Origin: Nanobdellota archaeon
GTDB lineage: Archaea; Nanobdellota; Nanobdellia; Parvarchaeales; Parvarchaeaceae
Direction: 5' to 3'
NCBI GenBank assembly: GCA_021810345.1
Contig: JAJZIX010000003.1
Location: forward strand, 1,111 to 65,110
Length of the DNA stretch: 64,000 nucleotides
Positions 51,328-60,389 of the stretch are shown piece after piece. Position numbers and translations under genes: made by a program. The notes under the pieces are model-generated. The model was not told the origin of the DNA and did not search any database. It was given only the letters and a program-made list of their open reading frames with translations. The stretch's first letter is position 1. Each line of letters starts with the position of its first letter.

Positions 51328-51696
51328 TCACTTTAGCTTGCTTATGAGCTCCTCGAGTGCGTGGGCCTCTTCACCTGCATTTGTTATAGCTATGGCGGCA
51401 GAGCCGACACTCATTCCCGCGGCTTTTCCGAGCTCAATCCTGCTTTTCACCTGTATGGAAGGAACTCCTTTATCCTTCGACAGAAGCGGCAAGTGCATTA
51501 TTATCTCCTTTGGCGAAACATCTGCTGCATACACCACCAGCTTGGCCTGAGACCTCTCAAGCGCCTTTGTTACTTCATTCACGCCCTTCTTGAATGAACC
51601 GCCCTTGGCCCTTATTTTTTCAAGCAAAGAATAGACCTGTGAATCCAGATCCTTTTCAACTTTCGCTTCATCTACCATATCAGCTACCTCCTCCAA
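51328..51696 (-). CDS. rpl7ae: 50S ribosomal protein L7Ae
   Basis: [34 protein letters not shown]; true start may be the internal ATG (MVDEAK). Confidence 0.96.
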   Translation of the reverse strand: MEEVADMVDEAKVEKDLDSQVYSLLEKIRAKGGSFKKGVNEVTKALERSQAKLVVYAADVSPKEIIMHLPLLSKDKGVPSIQVKSRIELGKAAGMSVGSAAIAITNAGEEAHALEELISKLK

Positions 51697-51797
51697 TTTT
51701 ATATTATAGTATCTAAATATCCAAGACTTTATAAGCTTTATTTTATACCAGCGAAAGAGTTAAATACTTCAAATCTGACTTAATGAGTTAGGTAAAT

Positions 51798-52106
51798 ATG
51801 CAGAAGGCCAGAATAAAACTCACTTCGACGGATGCGGACAAACTTGAAAATGTCTGCGATGATATAGTCGACATATCGAAAAAACTAGGCACAACGATAT
51901 CCGGCCCAATACCGCTTCCTACCAAAAAGATAAAGGTAACCACGCGAAGGTCGCCGTGCGGGTCCGGCAGAGAGAGCTACGAAACTTGGGAGATAAGGCT
52001 TCACAAAAAGATAATAGACATGCAGGCTGACCCAAAGGCGCTGCACTTGATAATGAAAACATCAGTTCCAAAGGAAGTAAATATAGAGATGGAGCTAATG
52101 GAGTGA
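51798..52106 (+). CDS. rps10: 30S ribosomal protein S10
   Basis: KARIKLTS, SGPIPLPTK, RRSPCGSG, WEIRLHKKIID. Confidence 0.97.
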   Translation: MQKARIKLTSTDADKLENVCDDIVDISKKLGTTISGPIPLPTKKIKVTTRRSPCGSGRESYETWEIRLHKKIIDMQADPKALHLIMKTSVPKEVNIEMELME

Positions 52107-52129
52107 TTCTTAAGATTTATTAACACGGA

Positions 52130-52852
52130 TTGACATCCATTTTAATGGACGCAATAAGAGAAGCAGGGGAAAAGCTTATTATAAGCGTTGTTATTCTGGG
52201 CTTTATAGTGACAGCACTATCGAGCTTTATAGCCAGCACCAGCAACGCTTCTATATATACTGGGTTTTCCACGATCGTAATCGATTTGGAGACGTTCCAC
52301 TTCAGCGCAGAGTACGGATTCCTGCTACTGTTTCTATCGCTTTTCATTGGAGTGTTTGCGGTTTATCTCTTTGAGTTTTTAGTGTCGTTCATCAGAAAAG
52401 AATTTGGAGGTGTGATTTATATGGCTCAGACAATTAAGTTCAGGAACCACTACATAGTATGCGGTGGCGGCAGGATAGGCGAGAGGGTTGCAGCAAACCT
52501 AAAAGAAAGGGGCAAAAAAGTCCTCATTGTCGAGAATCAAGAGAACAGGGCGATTGAACTGAAGAAGCTCGGCTTCAACGTACTGAAGGAGAATGCTCTT
52601 GAGGAGAAGACATACAAGCTTGCGAACATAGGTAAAGCGAAGGCTGTTTTCGCTGCACTCGGCCAGGATGTGGACAATTTCCTTGTGGTCCTCAATGCAA
52701 GAAGCCTGGCGCACGACATAAGGATAATAACAAGATGCAACTCAGTCAACAATATAATTAAATTCAAGGAATTGGGAGCAAATGATGTTGTGTTGCCGGA
52801 AATCGTCGGCGCGGACAGGATGATATACCTACTCGAGAAGAAAACCAAATAA
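52130..52852 (+). CDS. RCK (TrkA-N) domain membrane protein, MthK-like channel with degenerate pore
   Basis: Two TM helices then NHYIVCGGGRIG, ANIGKAKAV, NFLVVLNAR, LGANDVVLPE; no TVGYG filter. Confidence 0.8.
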   Translation: MTSILMDAIREAGEKLIISVVILGFIVTALSSFIASTSNASIYTGFSTIVIDLETFHFSAEYGFLLLFLSLFIGVFAVYLFEFLVSFIRKEFGGVIYMAQTIKFRNHYIVCGGGRIGERVAANLKERGKKVLIVENQENRAIELKKLGFNVLKENALEEKTYKLANIGKAKAVFAALGQDVDNFLVVLNARSLAHDIRIITRCNSVNNIIKFKELGANDVVLPEIVGADRMIYLLEKKTK

Positions 52853-53322
52853 TGGACAGAAAACACTGGTTCAGGGAGCTTTCGCTCCTGATAGAAAGAG
52901 CACCGATAGAGATATTCATATTTGAGGTGCTGATCATAATTATACTAATCCAGTCAGCAGTGCTCCTTTTAGAGATAATATTTGGCGTCTTTATAACAGG
53001 GGTATTGGCAGAATCGGCGAAACTAGTGGTTAGAGAGAAAAGACCAAAAAATGCGGCTGAAAGAAAGATATACAGCAGGACCTTCAGACTCAACAGGAGA
53101 AGCTTTCCATCCGCTCATACTGCGATTGCAATGTTCTTCCCGGGGCTGCTTTTTGGTACCTTCTTGTTTATACCGACGCTTGTATTTGGTGTGTTCGTAG
53201 GGTATACACGCCTTTATCTGAAGGACCACTTCCCGCGGGATGTTGTGGCTGGCGGAGCCATAGGCCTGATCATAGGCTATCTTATGCCGATGGCCTTCAT
53301 AGCTTTAAGGCACATGATTTGA
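52852..53322 (+). CDS. PAP2-family membrane phosphatase
   Basis: KLVVREKRP, SFPSAH, TRLYLKDHFPRDVVAG. Confidence 0.9.
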   Translation: MDRKHWFRELSLLIERAPIEIFIFEVLIIIILIQSAVLLLEIIFGVFITGVLAESAKLVVREKRPKNAAERKIYSRTFRLNRRSFPSAHTAIAMFFPGLLFGTFLFIPTLVFGVFVGYTRLYLKDHFPRDVVAGGAIGLIIGYLMPMAFIALRHMI

Positions 53323-53396
53323 CTCCAAAAGCAGAGAATTAAAATTTTAAATTGTGGAGTTCATATTAATATTGACGGTGCCTCATAATTTTGTAT

Positions 53397-55427
53397 ATGA
53401 AAAACGATTACGATGAAGTGATTTCCTCTTTTGTGAATAGAAAGTTAAAAGAGCAGATCAAGAGGGCAGTGGCCCTTAAGAAGTCGTCGATAATCGTAGA
53501 CTTTAAGGATGTAGACGATTTCTCCCCGGAGTTGGGAGACTATCTGATAAAAAGTCCGGAAGAGGCGGTAGAATCGATAAAATACTTCATAAACGAGACA
53601 GAAATTCCCTTCAGGGGGACCGGGCTTGAGGTCAGGGTAAAAAACCTGCCGAGCACTGCCCAGATCCTTATAAGTGAGATCAGGAGCAAGCATATAGGAA
53701 AACTTATACAGACCACAGGGTTGATAAAAGTAGCTGTCAGCGTCAAACCTGTCGCAAAATCAATAGACTTTGAATGCCAAAGCTGCGGACACGTTATAAA
53801 GGTAGAACAGAAGGAAAGGACAACCAAGCAGCCAGCAATATGCCCAAACTGCGGCAAAAAAGGACATTTCAAGGTAATAAACAAGGAGCTAATTGACACC
53901 CAGAAGATAATACTGGAAGAAGCACCCGAAGACCTTGTCGGCGGGGCACAGCCTGAGCACATAAATGTCATACTAAAGGGGGATTTAGTGGACCCGAAAT
54001 TTGAGAAAAACATAATACCTGGCAACAAAGTGGTGGTCTCTGGCATTGTCAACGAGGAACCTATAATATATCCGAGCGGAAAGAAGTCTAACACCTCGGA
54101 TGTGTTTATATCCGCCTCATACATCGAAGCGCTGGAGCAGGGATACGAAGAGATAGAAATATCCAAAGAAGAAGAGATGATAATAAAAGAACTTGCAAGC
54201 GACAAGCTCATCTACAGCAAATTTCGCGGCTCTATAGCCCCAAACATATTCGGCTATGACTACATAAAGGACGCGGTGGTCCTCCAGCTTTTTGGTGGAG
54301 TCAGGAAGGAATCCGGCGACAAATCAAGCGCAATAAGGGGGGACCTGCACATACTACTGGTCGGAGACCCCGGAGTTTCGAAAAGTACACTCCTGAAGTA
54401 TGTAAGCACAATAGCTCCAAAGGCCAGGTACGTCACCGGAACCGGGTCAAGCGCTGCTGGGCTTACTGCAACAATACTGAAAGATGAAGCGACAAGAAGC
54501 TACATACTCGAAGCAGGCGCCATGCCTTTGACAAACAAGGGTCTTCTGGCGATAGACGAGATAGACAAGATGAACAAGGAAGACAGGGTTGCGCTGCACG
54601 AGGCGCTTGAGCAGCAGACAATAACGATTTCAAAAGCCAATATACATGCAACGCTGTCAGCACAGACAAGCGTACTTGCAGCTGCAAATCCAAAGCTTGG
54701 TAGATTCAATGCCTTTGATGTGATAGCAGCACAGATAGAGCTGCCGCCAACACTGATAAACAGGTTTGATCTAATATTTATAATGAGGGACAGGCCCAAC
54801 GAAGAAAACGACAAAAGGATAGCCAAAAGGATCCTAGAAGCGAATAAAGACATAAACAAGAACAAGCCAGAGATACCAACGACAATAATGAAGAAGTATA
54901 TAGCTTACGCAAAGCAGAACGTAAAGCCGACGCTGTCAGAAGAGGCGATGAAAGTTATAGAAGACTTTTACCTCAAGCTTAGATCGCAGTATTCCACTGA
55001 AGGAGAGGAAGTAAAGCCGATACCAATATCCGCTAGGCAACTGGAAGCGCTTGTCAGGATGACGGAGGCTTCGGCTAAAGTGAGGCTATCTGATATGGCA
55101 GTTATTGAGGATGCGAAACGCGCAGTGGACTTGATGATGTCCTACCTTGGTGAAGTAGGGGTGGACAAAAGCACTGGCGAGCTTGACATAGACAGGGTCA
55201 TAACGGGTATCTCATCCTCGCAGAGGGGCATGATACTATCGGTCAAATCAATAATAAAAACAGAGATAGAGGCGCTGCCAAGCGGAGCGATGCTGCCAAT
55301 AACAAAAGTCTATGAGGACGCGGAGAAAAGTGGTGTAGACAAGGATAAAGTCGACACTGCGATATCGGTATTGAAGAGGGAGGGTGAAATATTCGAGCCT
55401 AAATTCGGATTCATAAAGCTGGTATGA
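53397..55427 (+). CDS. mcm: replicative helicase MCM
   Basis: Zn finger CQSC..CPNC, GDPGVSKS, IDEIDKM, HEALEQQ, AAANP, RFDL, SARQLE; no intein. Confidence 0.97.
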   Translation: MKNDYDEVISSFVNRKLKEQIKRAVALKKSSIIVDFKDVDDFSPELGDYLIKSPEEAVESIKYFINETEIPFRGTGLEVRVKNLPSTAQILISEIRSKHIGKLIQTTGLIKVAVSVKPVAKSIDFECQSCGHVIKVEQKERTTKQPAICPNCGKKGHFKVINKELIDTQKIILEEAPEDLVGGAQPEHINVILKGDLVDPKFEKNIIPGNKVVVSGIVNEEPIIYPSGKKSNTSDVFISASYIEALEQGYEEIEISKEEEMIIKELASDKLIYSKFRGSIAPNIFGYDYIKDAVVLQLFGGVRKESGDKSSAIRGDLHILLVGDPGVSKSTLLKYVSTIAPKARYVTGTGSSAAGLTATILKDEATRSYILEAGAMPLTNKGLLAIDEIDKMNKEDRVALHEALEQQTITISKANIHATLSAQTSVLAAANPKLGRFNAFDVIAAQIELPPTLINRFDLIFIMRDRPNEENDKRIAKRILEANKDINKNKPEIPTTIMKKYIAYAKQNVKPTLSEEAMKVIEDFYLKLRSQYSTEGEEVKPIPISARQLEALVRMTEASAKVRLSDMAVIEDAKRAVDLMMSYLGEVGVDKSTGELDIDRVITGISSSQRGMILSVKSIIKTEIEALPSGAMLPITKVYEDAEKSGVDKDKVDTAISVLKREGEIFEPKFGFIKLV

Positions 55428-55428
55428 T

Positions 55429-55833
55429 ATGGATTTCACCTTTTTCCTGCTCCCACTATCGGTAATACAAGACGGTAAAAAGGCAGCTGATGACGACGGA
55501 AATTTCCTTGAGCTGGGAAGCAGCAAGATATACCGCTTACACATCATTGGATCGGTCTACACTATGGAGACTAATGAGGAGACCGGCAGCGGCTACCTGG
55601 TAGTTGATGACACTTTCTCATCGATCCTGGTCCATTTTCAGAAGCAGTCATTCCAGTCGATTGAAAACGTAAACAAAGGCGATTTTATAGAGGTGCTGGG
55701 CACGATTGACGTCTACAACGACTCAATAACGCTGTCCTTGAACAACCTTGCACCAATAAGTTTAAGTAGATACTGTTACAATAAGATACAGAGCATAGTA
55801 AATTTAGGGGTAATAAATGGAAGAAAACTATGA
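55429..55833 (+). CDS. OB-fold nucleic acid-binding protein (RPA2-like)
   Basis: RLHIIGSV...LVVDDTFSSI.V...KGDFIEVLG OB-fold pattern; directly downstream of mcm. Confidence 0.65.
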   Translation: MDFTFFLLPLSVIQDGKKAADDDGNFLELGSSKIYRLHIIGSVYTMETNEETGSGYLVVDDTFSSILVHFQKQSFQSIENVNKGDFIEVLGTIDVYNDSITLSLNNLAPISLSRYCYNKIQSIVNLGVINGRKL

Positions 55834-56224
55834 TGATCTTGTTAGTAAGATACTGAAGGAGAGGAAAACTGGCAGCGGCAACAGGTTTGAGCCTCCGGAC
55901 ATAGATGTTTTTCAAGTAGGCCAGAAAACCGTTGTAAACGTGGAGAAATTCGCCAAGTACATAAACAGGCCGGTTGTACATATATCAAAGTTCCTAATGC
56001 ACGAGCTCACTGCGCCTGGCCAGGTCGATGAAACGGGGAAAATAACGCTCGGAGGCAGGTTCTCCAAAAGGGTAGTGATGGAGAAGATGGACCATTACGT
56101 CAAGGAATATGTTATATGCAAGCAGTGTGGATCACCAGACACGCAGATGAGGAAAGTTGACAAGAACTTCTTTATAAAATGTCTAGGCTGTGGAGCGGAG
56201 TACCCTGTTGGAAGGCTGAAGTGA
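55817..56224 (+). CDS. translation initiation factor 2 subunit beta
   Basis: RFEPP, KFLMHELTAPG, YVICKQCGSPDT..CLGCGA. Confidence 0.95.
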   Translation: MEENYDDLVSKILKERKTGSGNRFEPPDIDVFQVGQKTVVNVEKFAKYINRPVVHISKFLMHELTAPGQVDETGKITLGGRFSKRVVMEKMDHYVKEYVICKQCGSPDTQMRKVDKNFFIKCLGCGAEYPVGRLK

Positions 56225-56225
56225 T

Positions 56226-56534
56226 ATGGGGAAGTTCACAATGAAGAAACATACGGACACGGCTGGCAGGGAGGTGCTGGCAGTGAGCGACTCCGACCTT
56301 GTCGGCAAAACACTCTACGATGATGACAAAGAGATAGAGTTTTTGGTTTCACGCGAGTTCTATGCTGAGGAGGAGCTAGACGAACAGGATGTGATTTCAG
56401 CGCTGTCTTCTTCCGGGAACATAAACCTTATAGGCAATGAAATAGTTGACATAGCAATAAAAGAAAAGATAGTCGATGAGGACGCTGTAATAGATATAGG
56501 AGGAACAAAGCATGCACAGGTATACAGGATTTAG
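56226..56534 (+). CDS. DUF424 family protein
   Basis: VLAVSDSDLVGK...FY...INLIGNEIVDIAI...IGGTKHAQ; usual neighbour of aIF2beta. Confidence 0.85.
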   Translation: MGKFTMKKHTDTAGREVLAVSDSDLVGKTLYDDDKEIEFLVSREFYAEEELDEQDVISALSSSGNINLIGNEIVDIAIKEKIVDEDAVIDIGGTKHAQVYRI

Positions 56535-56546
56535 GGAGCTGGATTT

Positions 56547-56843
56547 ATGACGGGAGCGCCGTACTTTAGATACCCAAAGAAGGATGAAGTTGTGGGGTAC
56601 ATCATGCAGCTGCTCGGATTCGGCAGGATGTATGTGAAATGCTCCGACGGTAAGATAAGGCTGTGCCAGGTAAAGGGGAGTCTGAGCAGGTATCTCTGGA
56701 TAAGCGAAGGAGATCTTGTTCTAGTAAAGCCATGGGAAGTGGAAAAAGACAAAAAGGGCGATGTGCTCTACAAGTATGACCGAGGCAGCTGGGCTGACCT
56801 TAAAGCAAAAGGATTCTTTGATGACGGCATCTTCAGCAGCTAG
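56547..56843 (+). CDS. eif1a: translation initiation factor 1A
   Basis: LLGFGRMYVKCSDGKIRLC..G...WISEGDLVLVKPW...KGDVLYKY. Confidence 0.95.
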   Translation: MTGAPYFRYPKKDEVVGYIMQLLGFGRMYVKCSDGKIRLCQVKGSLSRYLWISEGDLVLVKPWEVEKDKKGDVLYKYDRGSWADLKAKGFFDDGIFSS

Positions 56844-57307
56844 CGCTGCGTCGCTGACATTATACCTGTGGAAACCAAAAGAGAGTATTCTGGTAGGTTT
56901 TGCGTGTAGTTGACCGTTCCAATGTAGGACATTACGATTGAAAAAGGCAGAATTAGGCTGCCTTTGTTACATGAAGGACTAGAGTAATAGAAGCTGCGGC
57001 TGCTGCCAGCTGGAACGACGGCACCCTGCGGCACAGCAAGGTCCACTTTGGTGCCATTGTAAAGCTTAAGCGTTGCCGAGTAGATTCCTATCTGTGAGCT
57101 TGTCGGGTTGACAACATCCATCTGTGAACCGGCGACAGAGCAATTGAAGCTGATAGATGGGAGCTGTGAATGGACACTTGTCTCCAGCAGGCCAGATGAA
57201 TATCCTATAACAACAAATAGCAATGACAGTATAAGAATGAATATCACTACTAACAGTATTACCCCGCCGACAGCTTCAAACTTTCGGTTTTTGCTGGCCA
57301 TGAGCAT
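56840..57307 (-). CDS. pilin/archaellin-like exported protein
   Basis: Basic N-terminus KNRK, then EAVGGVILLVVIFILILSLLF helix and a small beta-rich domain (DVVNPTSSQIGI...VPAGSSR); cleavage site atypical. Confidence 0.6.
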   Translation of the reverse strand: MLMASKNRKFEAVGGVILLVVIFILILSLLFVVIGYSSGLLETSVHSQLPSISFNCSVAGSQMDVVNPTSSQIGIYSATLKLYNGTKVDLAVPQGAVVPAGSSRSFYYSSPSCNKGSLILPFSIVMSYIGTVNYTQNLPEYSLLVSTGIMSATQR

Positions 57308-57312
57308 TAAGA

Positions 57313-58062
57313 TCAGACGTTAGCTGAGATTTCAGACACTTCATCGCTTAGAGCATCGATTGCCTCGGACATTATCTCCTTAGGCTCGAGCTGGCCCCAG
57401 CTTTCAACGACAAAAACAACCTTATCCGGATCGGACGATATTTTTATTACATCCTCCCCGGCAAAATCCTCGCACGCTTTGCACAATATGCATTCCTGTA
57501 GCTTACCTTTCTTAACTGACAGAGAGTCTCCCGAGCCTTCTAGTATGTTGACTGGACACAAGGCGGCTATTTTTGATGCGTTCTTGACGCTACCGCTCTT
57601 TATTGAGATCTGAGGATAAAAATGGTAAAACGCGTGACCAGGGCTGAATTTTGCATGCTCGGAGCCATTGCCAAAAACTGCCTTCGCTTCAAGCTCTACA
57701 GCCTCTCCCTCCCTAAGGTTTATTATTAGCATGTCGCCGTAAACCGGTATTACATCCTTGTCTGATGGGACAAGATCCGAGGCGTGAACCGCTTTTGGCC
57801 CCATCTCCTTAAGCTTGAAAGTGAACTCCTTCTTGCTTTTCTTCAGCTCCGGAAAAGTCTTTAAAGGTATCAGTCCAAGCCTAGACGCAAGCACTTCGTC
57901 GTACATTGTACTGGTATTCTTGTACACAGTGACATCTTCTATTGCGAGAGTTTCCACGCTGTTTATTATAGCCCTTCTTAGGGCATTAACAAGCGACAGC
58001 TTGAAGCCAGACAGCACGAATGATACTTTGCCATTCTCTTGCTTGATAATAGAAGCTTCCAT
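57313..58062 (-). CDS. rpoD: DNA-directed RNA polymerase subunit D (Rpo3) with Fe-S domain
   Basis: NALRRAII, NTSTMYDEVLASRLGLIPL, HAKFSP, CPVN..CILCKAC, VESWGQL. Confidence 0.96.
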   Translation of the reverse strand: MEASIIKQENGKVSFVLSGFKLSLVNALRRAIINSVETLAIEDVTVYKNTSTMYDEVLASRLGLIPLKTFPELKKSKKEFTFKLKEMGPKAVHASDLVPSDKDVIPVYGDMLIINLREGEAVELEAKAVFGNGSEHAKFSPGHAFYHFYPQISIKSGSVKNASKIAALCPVNILEGSGDSLSVKKGKLQECILCKACEDFAGEDVIKISSDPDKVVFVVESWGQLEPKEIMSEAIDALSDEVSEISANV

Positions 58063-58458
58063 TTACATCCTCCTCCCTCTTCTTCCACCTGCCCTCTTGC
58101 AGCCGTCATGTGGCACAGGAGTCACGTTTTCTATGCTTAGAATCCTTATGCCGGAGCGCTCGAGTGCCTTTATCGCAGACCTTGCGCCAGGCCCAACGGT
58201 CTTGGATTTTATACCGCCGACTGCTCTCACCTTTATATAGACGGACCTTATGCCTTTTGCTGAGATATCCTCTGCAACTTTCTTTGCTGCGTCCATTGCA
58301 GCACGCGGGGACGAACCGAGCCTGTCGGCCTTGACTTGCGATCCGCCAGTTTTTATCGAAAATGTATGCGCATTGCTTGCGTCAGTTACGTGGATTATAG
58401 TATTGTTCATCGTCGCATATATGTGAGCTATTCCAACGTGTTCTTTTTCCATGATCAT
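58063..58458 (-). CDS. rps11: 30S ribosomal protein S11
   Basis: [44 protein letters not shown]. Confidence 0.97.
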   Translation of the reverse strand: MIMEKEHVGIAHIYATMNNTIIHVTDASNAHTFSIKTGGSQVKADRLGSSPRAAMDAAKKVAEDISAKGIRSVYIKVRAVGGIKSKTVGPGARSAIKALERSGIRILSIENVTPVPHDGCKRAGGRRGRRM

Positions 58459-58979
58459 TCAGCCTTTTTTCCGTGTATCGGGTGTGTCGGAGATAACAAA
58501 GGGGATTTCTCAGAGTATGAAATCTGATCCTCTTCATCTTTCTTCACCGGATAAGTTGGAGAGTCTATCGATTTTCCGGCAACGACTATGTGCCTGTGGG
58601 TTATGATCTGCCTTGCTTCCCTGATGCTCCTGGCCATACCCTTCTTTAGTACTATCGTTTGAAGCCTCCTATCCATGAGATTTTCGAGCGATAAGCTCAG
58701 CACATCGTCCACACTCGCATCCTCTTTAACAAGGCCCATCGAATTCAGCTTCCTGATAAACTCTTTTTCCTCCTCGAGTCCCTCATTCAGTGCCTTTAGC
58801 CCAACAAGGTCTCTTGCGCGCTTCCTTATGCTCCTTAAGTCGTACTCGACTTTCCACAGTTCCTTCTTGTTCTTGAATCCATACTTTGACTTTAGCTCAT
58901 AGTCCCTTTTGATCCTGGGCTTATCCCATATCTTCAATGGTGGCTTGTACTTTTTTGATGGTCTCTTGCTAGTTCCCAT
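58455..58979 (-). CDS. rps4: 30S ribosomal protein S4
   Basis: Start MGTSKRP at 58979; [27 protein letters not shown]. Confidence 0.96.
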   Translation of the reverse strand: MGTSKRPSKKYKPPLKIWDKPRIKRDYELKSKYGFKNKKELWKVEYDLRSIRKRARDLVGLKALNEGLEEEKEFIRKLNSMGLVKEDASVDDVLSLSLENLMDRRLQTIVLKKGMARSIREARQIITHRHIVVAGKSIDSPTYPVKKDEEDQISYSEKSPLLSPTHPIHGKKAE

Positions 58980-58980
58980 A

Positions 58981-59529
58981 TCACTTACCTGCTCCCGCCG
59001 CCGGTTTTTGCTGCTGCTGGGCAGTCTTCTTCGTAACACCCAATGATCTTCCAACACGGCCTTTGAAGTTAGCACCTCTTGATTTCACTCTCTGTCCACG
59101 GAGCTTGTAGCTGAAAGAATGCCTGTAGCCTCTGTACGATCTGCTGTCCTTCAAAGCTTGAATGTGCATTGCCATCCTCGACCTAAGATCAGTGCTTATA
59201 AAATGGTAATCCGAACCTGTTGTTTCGTCTCTTCTCCAGTTCAGGGCCCAGCTGGGTATACCGAATTTCATTGGATTTTTAAGCGCATCCTTGAGCTTTT
59301 CCATCGACGGCCCGTCTATGTCCTGTAAATGCTTGCTACCGTCTATGTTCAGGACTTTTAGAATTGCGTTTGAATACGAGAAGCCCACTCCCTTTATTTC
59401 CCTAAGGGCATCGCTGACCTTCTTATTGCCGTCTATGTCCGTGTCGGCTATCCTTATTATCTTGCGATCCTGGGGCTGCTGTTTCTGCTGCTGCCTCTGG
59501 GCCTTACCACTTGTTTTTTCCACCTGCAT
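58981..59529 (-). CDS. rps13: 30S ribosomal protein S13
   Basis: IRIADTDIDG, IKGVG, IPSWALN, SYRGYRH...RGQR. Confidence 0.96.
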   Translation of the reverse strand: MQVEKTSGKAQRQQQKQQPQDRKIIRIADTDIDGNKKVSDALREIKGVGFSYSNAILKVLNIDGSKHLQDIDGPSMEKLKDALKNPMKFGIPSWALNWRRDETTGSDYHFISTDLRSRMAMHIQALKDSRSYRGYRHSFSYKLRGQRVKSRGANFKGRVGRSLGVTKKTAQQQQKPAAGAGK

Positions 59530-59566
59530 ATTTGTTTAGGATATCAATTTGGCTATTTAAATGTTA

Positions 59567-59682
59567 GTGATAGCATCAACTTATTTTCTCTCTTTTACGA
59601 GATACTCATAAGACGCACCAGTGATTATCTTCCGTGTTCTGGATGGGAACGGGATTTGCCGCTGGCCTATGGACGCTATCAC
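59567..59682 (-). rRNA. rrf: 5S rRNA (divergent, unlinked from 16S/23S)
   Basis: Reverse complement reads GTGATAGCGTCCATAGGCCAGCGGCAAATCCCGTTCCCATCCAGAACACGGAAGATAATCACTGGTGCG...GAGTA...GAAA...GATGCTATCAC. It has an 11-bp terminal helix I, the CCATAG and CCCGTTCCCAT-C-GAACACGGAAG-TAA 5S signatures and a loop E motif; 116 nt. Confidence 0.88.
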
Positions 59683-59841
59683 CTTATATAGGCTTTGCAT
59701 GCTTTAAAAAGCTTTACTGCGCCCTAAGAAATTGACACTTACCCCTCAGGAGCGAGATAAATTAATAATGAAGTGGTATCTGTTTTTCGATTCTGATTTA
59801 GAGCTATTTAAACTGAAAACAAAAAACCTAACGCCACATCA

Positions 59842-60300
59842 TTAATCGGGCAGAAAGACAAATTCAGCACTTGGGGCAGGCTCCACACTGCCTACAGCCG
59901 ACCATACTTCCGTAACGCTTTTGTCGACCTTATTTTTTGCACCGTTTTCCCTGCCGAATGCTGTAATCTCCGTCAGAACGAGATGTTTTACGCTCTTTGA
60001 GTGGACCGCATCTGGACTAAAATAGTGGTATACATTATCATAGGGCCTGCCATCTCTTGGGTACACAAGAAGGTAACTGTGGGCCATCCTTTTATACAGG
60101 CTGTTCACGAGTACCTCCAAGTTCTCACTGTCGTTAAGCCTATCAAGGCCGATATACTCGACTCCGCTCAGCAGATAATTAGTGAACCGTATAGAAGCAC
60201 CAAGATCAAACTTCAGAGATTTATGCAGGGAATCCACCCCCTGTATGGGCCGGCATAAGTTTGTTAGAAGACCCAGCTCAAGATAACTTATGCGATCCAT
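59842..60300 (-). CDS. hypothetical protein (orphan)
   Basis: 152-aa ORF with its own AT-rich upstream promoter region; no family recognised. Confidence 0.6.
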   Translation of the reverse strand: MDRISYLELGLLTNLCRPIQGVDSLHKSLKFDLGASIRFTNYLLSGVEYIGLDRLNDSENLEVLVNSLYKRMAHSYLLVYPRDGRPYDNVYHYFSPDAVHSKSVKHLVLTEITAFGRENGAKNKVDKSVTEVWSAVGSVEPAPSAEFVFLPD

Positions 60301-60389
60301 AATATCTGTTAAGAGGGGATTTTATATTTATATTTTAGTGGTTGTGGAACTGGACAAAAACTTAAATAGTATGAGGCATATAACGTAGA

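Noticed and set aside
8287-55427. Inteins in RtcB, LonB, AtpA or MCM (common intein hosts)
   Set aside because: All have normal length with uninterrupted motifs.
58980-59075. N-terminal extensions from upstream TTG/GTG/ATG starts in the ORF track (rps4 here; likewise atpB, atpD and archease)
   Set aside because: They overlap the upstream genes; downstream ATGs give family-typical N-termini.
59640-59658. GGATGGGAACGGGATTTG looked like the 3' half of a split or intron-containing tRNA on the minus strand
   Set aside because: No T-loop GTTC or matching 5' half; the surrounding sequence folds and matches as 5S rRNA.
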